NCBI RefSeq assembly: GCF_009914755.1
Contig: NC_060925.1
Strand: one strand, 5' to 3'
Source of the DNA: the human T2T-CHM13v2.0 reference genome, Homo sapiens
Length of the DNA: 64,000 bases
This document shows, piece after piece, positions 53,490-64,000 of this stretch. The stretch's first letter is position 1, and each line of letters begins with the position of its first letter. The notes beneath the pieces are model-generated. The model was not told where the DNA came from and did not search any database. It worked only from the letters and a program-made list of their open reading frames with translations. Made by a program: the position numbers and the translations under genes.

Positions 53490-54260
53490 TATGGTAGGCA
53501 GAATTCTAACATGAACTTCCAATGGCCCATATCCTGTATAATTCCTCCCCTTAAGTGTGGGAAAACCATCTGAATATGATGAGATTACTCTTTTGATTGC
53601 ATTATGTTATATGACAAAAGGGATTTTGCAGATGCAAATAAGGTCCTTAATCAGTTGACTCTGAGTTAAAAGGGAGATTCATAGGCCTCATCTAATTAGG
53701 CAATCCCTTAAGAGGGCTAGGGCCTCCTTTGAAGTCAGACAAGTAAGCTGCCAGGCTGCGAGTGCTCTTAGGAAAAAATGTTTTGTCAAGAACCTAAGGT
53801 CAGTCTCTAGGAGGTGAAGTGGCTTTCCAAGCAAACAAGAACTTTAGTTGTACAACCACAAGCATTATGCCAACATCCATGTTAGCTTGGGAGAGGACCC
53901 AGAGCTCCAGAAATGAATACAGCCCAGCATATACCATTGATTACCAACTTGTAAGACTCCAGAAACCCCCATAGGACCCCACAGTTTCCTAACTTATCAG
54001 AATAAAAGTAAAAACCAATGGAACAGTATATAAATTCTTTATACAAATCAAAATAATTCACAGATACATAACTATGTGGAGGTATAGATAAAGAGTATAG
54101 GTAAAGAATGCTTTTTTATTTTATTTCCCCCTTTGGACCTATATGATTAAGCAATCCTAGCTCTTACTTTAAACCATTAAAAAATAAGATAAAAACTGTA
54201 AGTTGTTTTAAACCTCTCAATTTTTGGTAATTGGTTGCATATCAATAGACAACTAATACA
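53490..54260 (+). mobile_element. MLT1E-like MaLR LTR with an internal interruption (~53970-54190)
   Basis: tggtaggcagaattctaa...aaaagggattttgcagatg.aaataaggtccttaatcagttgac; 3' end ttggtaattggtt...aatagacaactaataca. Confidence 0.8.
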
Positions 54261-54319
54261 AGGAGTGAAAGATAAACAGCAAAAATGTTTCTACTCTTGC
54301 ATTCAAAAAATAAAAGAAA

Positions 54320-54647
<328 letters not shown>

Positions 54648-55619
54648 TTAAGCTGTTGCATTTTATCAGTGTTACCTTTTAATAGTCTGTTAGCTTCATA
54701 GAACATTAGAATAACTTTTTGGGTTTTTTTTATGTTAATTCATCATTTATTGGTTAGTTTTTACAGGATTTCACCAGTTACTACTCTGCATGCATTGGAT
54801 GCAAAATCAAAACAAACAAACAAACAAAACAGAAAAATAATATGGTCACTGCTCAGGAAAAGTTTATTATATTAGGAAAAACACAAAATTACAGCATATT
54901 TTTATATTTATAATAAGCAGAAGAGTAATAAGGATAACATGGCTATAATGCCCTTTGTGATGCTGTTTATACTGAATTCTCACCTTAACTGATACTATTT
55001 TTAGAGGTTCTCACCCTCTCTCGTTGTATTAGCCTCCCTTTATCTCTGATAAGCTGTAAACATGTCAAAGTTTCAAAGAATACATTTCATGTTTGAATCT
55101 TTTGGAATACAAAGAAAGATCTTACTTAAATTCTGCCTTATAGTATGGAGTGATGATTGAGTTTTTAGTGATGATATAATCAACCTCCTTTCAAAGACAA
55201 GGGTAGAAAATTTCTGCAGATTATTAGAACAAATTTCTTAAACTTCTATTTCCAAAAAGAGGCTGAATTTTTTAAGACTGCCTCTGGAAGATCTCTTATA
55301 TACTCTATTTTTGGCAAACACTGGGATAATTTGTACTGAAGGTTATTAAGAGGTTAGACTAAGGAAAACTATATTTATTAAGTAAGGTAACGACTAGACA
55401 TGCCAGAGTGAAATACAACTACTCCATTTGTAATTAATATTTGAGTAATAATGTATATATCAGTTGCATTTTCACTTTTTCAATTTGTCATATATAATTA
55501 CTAATTTAATATTTAAAATTTGCTTGTAAAGCATAATGTAAGGTGATCTTTATTAAAAGAAAATTACATGGTTTTGTTGAAACCTAATTTTGACAATGGC
55601 AAAGCTTTGTATTAGAACC

Positions 55620-55990
55620 CATTTTATTTTTCTTCTGGGTTCTCAAATAATTTTACTTCGCAAGCCCTTGCAGTCAAGTTGTATTACTGGTTTTTGGCCT
55701 ATAGAATATGAGTAAAAATTATACACATGATTTCCAGGCATGACTACTTGTCTTCTTGGAGAACTTTCACCATATTACTTCCCCCTTTTCAGTGACCAAG
55801 GATGTCATGTTGAAGTTGGTAGTGTCACTATGTGGAAGAAGTTTGAGTATTAAATGAATCTAGGTAAGAGAACCCTCACTGACCATATTAGACAGTAACA
55901 CAAGACGCAATAAAATGTTATTGCATCAAGCCAGTGATAATTTGGGTTTATTTTACTGCAGCACAGCTTACTTGAGTCCAAGAATCAATA
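55620..55990 (+). mobile_element. MLT1J/K-like old MaLR LTR
   Basis: gcccttgcagtc...tggcctatagaatatgag...aataaa...aagccagtgataatttggg...ttactgcagcacagc. Confidence 0.6.
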
Positions 55991-57833
55991 TAGTTTTCTT
56001 TGCCATCTAGAGTAGCAATTGCACATTTGATAGGAGTTACGTTATGATTGGTTATCAGAGTTTTAAAATTGACTTTAGATGCAGAATGTACTACTTGGTC
56101 ACTACCATCTTGTTATTACATCCCTTTTTTATTAATTTACTTACCTGATTGGCCCTGGAACACATTTGAGTTTATAGACCACTGTTATGAAATGAGTTTC
56201 ATTAATGTTATCTAATGCAAAGGAATGCTAGCTTTTGTGTACATTTTAGTTGGGTCTAAAAGGTAATTTTTTTGTATATACGAGTTAGTATGTGCTTCTA
56301 AAATACACAAAAGAGTAACAATTTAAACATTTTTTAAACCTGAACTCCTCAAAAGATACAGCACATGATTTAAGAAAAAATATAAAAAATATTACCTGAA
56401 ATATAAAACTATTTCATCTGGGTTAAAAACTAGATTTAAAAGATAGTACTAAATATGCAATGTGCTTTAGAAAAATTTATGTGACTATTAACAAAAATGA
56501 TAAATAGATGACCCCAGACCATCTTGTAATATTTATAAGTATGGGACCAAGGTTTCTCAGAATCAAAATTGTATTTCTTGAGCATATAAACTAGTTTATG
56601 GGATTTAATTAAAGTGGACTATAGTCCCAGGCAGAATATGCTCCTACATTCCAGCTCATCCCAATGCTATGCAAATATTCTACTTGCCTAAGGAGTGCTG
56701 AAACCTTTCCTGAAGTACTTATAATTTTATTTTCATAGAGGACTGTTAGAAACAGGAGATGGATCAGAGGCAGGATACCACATAAAACCAGCTCTAATGG
56801 ATAAAATCAGGGTATTTTTATTATTTCCAAGCCAATATCTCATTCTTTCTTTCTCATCAGCTTCCAGAATTGTTTTGGGGAATATATTTCCCATCGCTTT
56901 ATTAATTGGCCCTCTTATTTTAAGGACTTTAATGTTAACCATTGCAATGAAATGGAGTACTCCAAATCAACCCTGGATGAGTTAAAAAAAATCTTGCGGA
57001 TTTTTAAGAGTCTTTGTCTCAAATCAGTAATGACACTGTTACTTAAATGGTCCTAAGGGAAACTGTTTTTCATACTTCTGATAATTACTTGCTGGGATGA
57101 CCTTATTAAATAAAATGTAGCTAAATAATGTGAGATTTCACAGATTCGAATTCCCTGACATGAGCTGTTTTATTAAATATGCAAGTGCACACTATTTGCA
57201 GTACACACTTTATGTCAGCTCCTCTACACTTCTGCCAAGATGTCTCTGTAGGGAGCACAAACAATTTCTCTCTGGTACTTCTGGCTCTCCTACACTAATT
57301 GCTTAGGTGATTTCCCCCATACCCCCTTAATTTCTGGAGATCTCTCCAAAGCTGTTCTCTGGAAATGAAGAAAACTTGTAATGTATTAGAAGAAACATAA
57401 ATAAGAAATTCATAGATATGAAGGTCTATATGTATCTAGCCCCTCAACGTTATTCCACTATATTTTCAAATTGCTTCATAAGAGCCAGCAATAATTTGGT
57501 TTTATTCCTTTATTTATTTATTCTGCACATATATATTGAGTAGGTTGAGATCTTAAACATGTAAGAGGCACAAAAATGTGAGTGTAACTCTTGAGGCTGC
57601 TTTTGTCCTGTGTTAAAATAATTAATGATGGAAATAGGTTATAATATTTTGGATATAATAGGAAGAAAATCAATCTATGCTGATATAAATAATTAAATTA
57701 ATAATGTGAAAGTTGTATGAAAGACAGAATATTTACATGGTTTCAAAATTCCTTCCCACCAATTAACTATTAATTACAAAATGAAGGGTTTCTGCTTCTG
57801 TAACTCCTGTCGATCCAATTCGTTTATAACTAC

Positions 57834-57866
<33 letters not shown>

Positions 57867-57940
57867 GAAGAGAAGAGAAGAGAAGGAAGAGAAGAGAAGA
57901 GAAGAAAAGAGAAGAGAAGAGGAAAGAAAGAAAAGAAAAA
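57834..57940. repeat. 107-bp uninterrupted polypurine tract of (GAAA)/(GA)/(GAAGA) units
   Basis: Only A and G over the whole interval. Confidence 0.97.
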
Positions 57941-58667
57941 CTACTGCTTGAAGAGAGTTTGCACTTTGAAAGGAAATGGCATTGTTTCTCATTGCATGCC
58001 TCTTTTTGCCTGAATGCAGATGTGAGACTGCCAATTTTAGGAGAATAAAACTTAAAAAAAAATTATCAGTCTTACTGGCTTAAAGAAAAAGTTGGAGCCA
58101 CCACATCTGGAGAGTGAAGAAGTTCCACATTAAGGGAGAAACAGTGCCAAATTATGTGAATAAAAACTATTTAAATTTCTGATTATATCTAAACTATGGA
58201 TGTTCAGAGCAGACTCCAAGAAGTCTAGCTAAATCTAGAAAACCTAAGGAAAATGTCATGTATCCACAGGGAAACATAAATTGAATTCTGAGTCAGGATA
58301 ATTTAATGTATATTAAAACTAAACACAAAATGCTCTTCAGAGGAACATAACAGAATCTAGAGTTTTTACAATGTATCATCAGGATACCATACATATATTA
58401 AGACACAGAAAGAGACAGAAAGATGTTACCCAAACTCAAGAAAACACAATCAATAGAGAGTACCCTGAGATGACATAGTTGTTGGAATTGCTAAAGATTT
58501 TAAAGCAGCTGCTATAACTTCTCAGGAACAAAAAATTAAATATGCATTATGAACAAATAGGAAATCTCAGCAGATAAATATAAACTACTTTGTCTATCTG
58601 AAAATATCTTTTATTCACCTTCATTTATAATATTGCTTTGATTAGATAGAGAATTCCATGTTAACAG

Positions 58668-59561
58668 GTATAGTTTCCTGAACAATGTCTCCAATAAAGG
58701 CATTATGTCCTTATCTGTGGAACCAATGAATGTTACCTTTCATCGTAAATGTTTGCAGGTGTGATTAAGAATCTTGAGACCGGGAGACGATCCTGAACTA
58801 TTTGAGCGTGTGTCCCAAATGCCATCACAACTTTCCTGAGGAGCAAAAAGAGATCAGACACACAAAATAATATAATGTGAGGATGCAGGCAGACATTAGG
58901 ATGATGCGTTCACAAGATAAGAAATGTCAGCAGACACCAGAAGCTAGAAAAGGCAAGAAATGGATTATCTTCCAGACTCTAAAGGGAGGGTTGTTTAGCT
59001 AACACTTTAATTGCAAAAGATCTCAGAATTGTGAGAGAATAAATTTCTGTTGTTAAGCTGCAGAGTCTTCAGTAGTTTATTATAGTAGCCCTAATAACCT
59101 AACATAGATTTGGTAAGGAATATGGGATGCTGTTAAAAAAAATAACACCTAAAAATTTGAAAGTAGATTTGGAATTGGATGATAAATAAAGGTTGGTCAA
59201 ATTGTGAAGAATAGTAGAATAAGTCCGGATTGCCTTAAACAGCATGGACAGAAATAGGGAATTAAAGGCATTTCTGGTAAGTGTTCAATAGAAGTGCACA
59301 GAGTATGGTAGAAAAAGCCTGTATTAGTGCCTATATCAGTGCCCTTATAAATGAGACCTGAAGGAAACTGTTTGCCCATTCCACCATGTGAGGACACATA
59401 GAAGGTGCCCTCTATGAAGATTGGGCCTTCATTATACATCAGTTTTTCTGGCTCCTTAATCTTGGACTGCCTAGATTCCAGGACTGAGAACAACAAATTT
59501 CTGTTGTTTATAAATTACCCATTCTAAGATATTTTGTTACAGCAGCCCAAACACACTGACA
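58668..59561 (+). mobile_element. MLT1C-like LTR, then MaLR internal start (59107-59320), then a partial MLT1A0-like LTR (59322-59561)
   Basis: First LTR ends cctaacata and is followed by gatttggta...cctaaaaatttgaaagtagatttggaattgg; the second LTR starts mid-element at attagtgcc...gcccttataaa...ccatgtgaggacaca. Confidence 0.8.
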
Positions 59562-60309
59562 CCTTCCTACTTCTGTGTTCCTTATTGTGTGTGTGTCTGT
59601 GTGTGTGTGAGTGTATGTGTGCATTCACCTATCAACACATGGTAGAAAATGATCAAATCATATGTACATTTTTTCTGTACTAAATGTACCCTTTATGACA
59701 GCCGTCACTTTATTTCCTCTATTGTTATATCAACATCTAGAAGTCAGGCACATAATAGGAACTGAATAAATACTTGTGGATTAAATGAAGAATGTAGCTT
59801 TTTATTTATATCTTATACATTTATTTATTTTAATCAAGTATTGGGTTGAAATTTGGAAATGGTCTTTCTATAAACTATATTGATTCTTCACCTTTTTGTC
59901 AAAGAAAATTATATGAATGTATATAAGGTGGATATGATTACAATTTTAAAAGATGTAGTATATTATGGATACCACAGCAATTTAAATATGTATATAGTAT
60001 TAAATAGTCAATGATGTGAAAATATTAAAGCTCTCTTATCTTCTGTTTCTTATTGGCCTAATTTCTGAAATAAAATACTAATTGAAAAAATCTAAGTTTG
60101 TAGATTCAAATTAGGAGAAAATTCTATTCTCAGATGTCATACTTGTTAAAATGCTTTTAACCACTTGGTCACACCAAACGTATCATTTAATGTAAGCAAA
60201 GAATGCAATTTATCAGTTATAATTTATCAGTTATAAATTTCATTCCTTGCTTAGATTAAATAATATGTTCTGTATCATAATATATAACTATCTCTAAGAG
60301 TCATAAAAA

Positions 60310-60520
60310 TAGCTAACTTGAATGTTTCCAATGTTTGAATGGGTTCTAGATGTTGTGCTCAACAACTTTATAAACAAGGGCTTTGTGACCCCATTTTACA
60401 GAAATAGAAATAAAGTACAGGGTTGTGAATTACTTCTGCTTGAAAGACCAGTGAGCTATAGAAGATCACTCAGGTAGTGTGCAGAGCAGAGGCTTTGCTC
60501 CAACCACCAAAGCCCATTGC
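60310..60520 (-). mobile_element. MIR relic
   Basis: gaccccattttacagaaatagaaat...ggttgtgaattactt. Confidence 0.55.
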
Positions 60521-61111
60521 TTTTTTCCCTCATAGGATTCCAGTACAATATGCCTCCAGTCACATTTGGCATATATCATGATATCAGTGATATCAACGGT
60601 TTCATCAAGCAAATTTAGGACCTACATTTAATATTACACATACACCTATACTAAAGTTATACAATTTTCTAAATAAATATTAGTTTCATTTACCAAGTCT
60701 ATTTAAGCTAGTGAATTATCTATAATCAAAACTTATGGTTAAAGCTTTGAATAAAGGAAATATTTTAGAACGTTTAACCAATAATAATATTCTCTTTTAA
60801 GAAATACTTCACATAAACATACATAATAATAGGAAAATAAGCTAAATTTTAAAAATATATAGGACAGTAATGGTATACACCACATAGATAAAAGTGCCAA
60901 GTGGGGATAAATAACACTTCTGAAAAGTTGCAGTAACAAAGTATCAACTAGGTGTGATAATGATACACTGGAACTGAAGCTAAATTAAGTTTTATGCTAA
61001 ATGATTATTGATAAGAAATATCACATATTAAAAATAAAATTTTGCTATTTGGGTGGTGTTTTGAGAACAGTATCAGTAAAACATCAACACTCTGTGTAAA
61101 AAGTTTTTAGA

Positions 61112-61399
61112 GGCCGAGCACAGCGGCTCACTCCTGTAATCTCAGCACTTTGGGTGGCCGAAGCAGGCAGATCCCCTGATGCCAGGCCTTTGAGACCAGC
61201 CTGGCTAACATGGTGAAACCCTGTGTCTACTAAAAATACAAAAATTAGCTGGGCGTTTTGGCACACACCTCTAATCCTAGCTCCTACAGAGTCTGAGGCA
61301 GGAGAATCACTTGAACCCGGAAGGTGGAGATTGCAGGGAGCTAAGATTGCACCACTGCACTACAGCCTGGGTGACATAACAAGACCCTGTCAAAAAAAA
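61112..61399 (+). mobile_element. Diverged Alu (AluS or AluJ)
   Basis: Full dimer; TSD aaaaagtttttaga / aaaaagtttgtaga. Confidence 0.95.
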
Positions 61400-62959
61400 G
61401 TTTGTAGAAATTGATAAAAGGAAAGCTTCAAGTAATTACAGCCCTAATAATGTCCTCTACTAATCATCAAGGCTCAAATAAGATTGATTGGTGAAGTTAG
61501 TATATATAAATAAGTTGGTATAACCAACAGAGCCTCTGGAATTCATAAATGTAAAGGCAATGGGAGCTATACTAAAATGACACATTATATTTACAATTTC
61601 TAAATGGGCTCATGTTGCATTTTCTAGGGAAAAGATGGGCTCATCAAAGCAACAATTAGAATATTCCTGCATCAGTCACCCAATGAGCCCCTTGCCTATA
61701 CATCCTATATTCATGCTCTCTTTAGTCCATCATCCACAATGCAGTCCAAGTGATTTTTCAAAAATAACAACCTCTTGATGGCTTTTTCTATAGGATCCAG
61801 ACTGCTTAGCTCATGTTGGGTATGAAATTTCCTAACATACTCATTTGAGTTTCATGTATGCACAACTATATTCTGTTATATACAAAGCTGATATCTTACC
61901 CTGAACTATCTCTGTTCCTAGTTCAATCAATTCTGCATTTTATTTGTCCATCTAGTGGTTTTCCTGATCAACTAAGAATTGATAAATGAGGCTCAATTAA
62001 AGTTTTATATTTGGCTTACCTTCCCCTACTCTATTTGATTCTAAGGAAGTCTTACCATCAGAACACTCATGCTCATGAGATTATTCTTTTCAGTGTAAGA
62101 AAAACGTAGCCCTTCTTCTCGGGGTTGGCTGTGTTGTTCTCTGTTGTTTAATTAGCTCACATCATTTTGTGTGTATGTGGGGTGGGTGGGGTGTGGCTTC
62201 CTCAAAGTCTGAACCTGTCCTCTCAGCATCAAGTGATGCTTGTTTCTGGTCCAGATAGGAAAAGACTTGCAAGTACTGTTGGTGCATGTAGGTGTCCCAA
62301 AACACTTGTTTATTGACAATTCCATTCTCATAGATACACAGCCAATCTTCAGCCTTGCTTCCAGTACAACCCTTGAAATTTGCTGTTTGACCAACCACTT
62401 GGTTCATTGGGGTGGGCACAGCTTACATTCCCAGTAAGACTATGCACTGCATTATATATGGAATATAGATCAAAGATGTATGGGTCTCCTTTTTTGCTAT
62501 GTTCAGGTCCATAAAACCTAGAGCCTTCCTTTGTGATAGGGCCTGAGAGGCAAGGGAGTTCCCATTATCCTCAGCTTGCTTCTACTTTTCTCACTCTTGC
62601 TGCCCCTCCCCTTACAGATTGAACACCTTTTAAAGTAAAACCTGTGAGACAATGGAGAGAAACTGTCCTGGTTAGCACATCTTGAAAATGTCCAGCATAG
62701 GACATCCAGCCCTCCACATTTCACCACAGAAATCTGCAATCTGCTTAGTGTGCTGCATGTTCCTCCAATTCCATGTTGTAAATACATACCTTTTGTTTCA
62801 AATTCTCCATGTCAATAGTATTTATTGGTGAGAAAAACAGAAAACTATAATCTGTTTTATATCAACTTATTAGTTTGCCATGAAATTACTATTCATCTTA
62901 TATATTTTTAGGGAACAGTCTTCCTCAAGATCTGTGTAGATATCATCCCTCATCACTAA

Positions 62960-63385
62960 GCTAATATACACAAAACAATGCAACTTTCCAGCCTCAGTTT
63001 CTTTCATTCCCTGCCTCACTCTCCCACTTTGCTCTTTAGCCATGCCCACATACTTCCAGTTCCCTAAAAGAAGCAAGGAATCCTCAACTTTTTGTCACTT
63101 AAATATGTTACTCCTTTTGCCTGGAGTACTCTTGTGTTTCTTTTCTACTACGTCAATTTACTCTTCTTTAGATTCTGCCTGGAAAATTCGTTCACCTAGA
63201 AATACTTCCATAACCTTCCCCCATCTCTCCATCACTGGGTTACTGGCACCATATCGCATCAGCCTGTTTATACTTGTCTGTCTTGCCTATTAGGGCTCTC
63301 ACGTAATTCTGGCATTTCCTCTATTCCTTTAGCCACAAAACTAGCAATGCCACAGATAGTGTCTATTCATTCAGTAGGGTCACAA
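62960..63385 (+). mobile_element. L2 3' relic
   Basis: ctttgctctttagccatg...tacttccagttccctaaa...ccttttgcctgga...ctagcaatgcc. Confidence 0.6.
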
Positions 63386-63721
63386 AATGAAGAAATAATG
63401 CAATGAGTCTCAAGGGGCATGCCAAATGATTAAGAATTAAATACTTGTTGTTATAAGCAATTAACATTTTCAAGCAGGTTGTTGCTACAATCTATCTTAG
63501 CCTAACATGACTGATAGAGCAATAAATATTTTGAATTAATTGAGTCACTTAGAAAACAACTTCAGAATGTATCTGTAATTAAATAAAATGGTGTGCAATT
63601 ACCAAACCTGTTAACATTCTTATATTGTACAATAATTTGCCACTTCATCTCAAAAATTAAGTAAGCCAAGCTACACATTTAATATTGATAACATTTTGGG
63701 GGGCTGCTGTAGACTCCACAA

Positions 63722-63762
63722 AGAGAGAGAGAAGGAGAGAGAAAGAGAGAGAGAGAGACAGA
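63722..63762. repeat. (GA)n-rich microsatellite
   Basis: agagagagagaaggagagagaaagagagagagagagacaga. Confidence 0.9.
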
Positions 63763-64000
63763 GCTCTAGCTTGTGAACACTTATAATTTCTAGGAATAAA
63801 ATACTAATTTAAAAAATCATGCATTGTTTCAGCCAGGAGGAGCCTTAACAAACAGAATAAATAAATATCATACAATATCCTGGAGAGACTCTTGGAACAA
63901 AAAAGAACATTAGGTTAAACATTAGGTTAAAAATGTAAATAAATAAATCAGAATAAAGTACAAACTTCTGTTAAAAATAATGCATCAATAGTAGCTGATT

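Noticed and set aside
62152-62437. Three overlapping ORFs, one of them protein-like (85 aa)
   Set aside because: No recognisable domain or splice context; could be an old LTR or unique DNA and cannot be supported without a search.

Overview
AT-rich, gene-poor primate (most likely human) genomic DNA. I see no recognisable host protein-coding gene and no CpG island, and the repeats I could recognise are those of a primate genome. The ORF track is mostly repeat-derived or chance ORFs. The repeats are nine Alus, L1 fragments, MIR and L2 relics, MaLR LTRs, MADE1, MER47 and MER5 DNA elements, and a full-length retroposed 7SK pseudogene (14541-14881, minus). The main structure is a decayed endogenous retrovirus of about 8 kb on the minus strand (~39690-47900). 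It has a class III (ERV-L/HERV-S-like) gag-pro-pol and a gamma-type env (CWAC, a decayed RHKR furin site, ISD and a CX5CC disulfide motif). It was later hit by a MER11 solo LTR and an AluS. Once the Alu is removed by hand, a ~289-codon stop-poor frame with four CxxC pairs appears between the integrase core and the env motifs. It is the best candidate here for something undescribed: either an accessory zinc-binding ORF or an unusually long SU N-terminus. Repeat subfamily names come from recall of consensus sequences, and boundaries of old elements are approximate.
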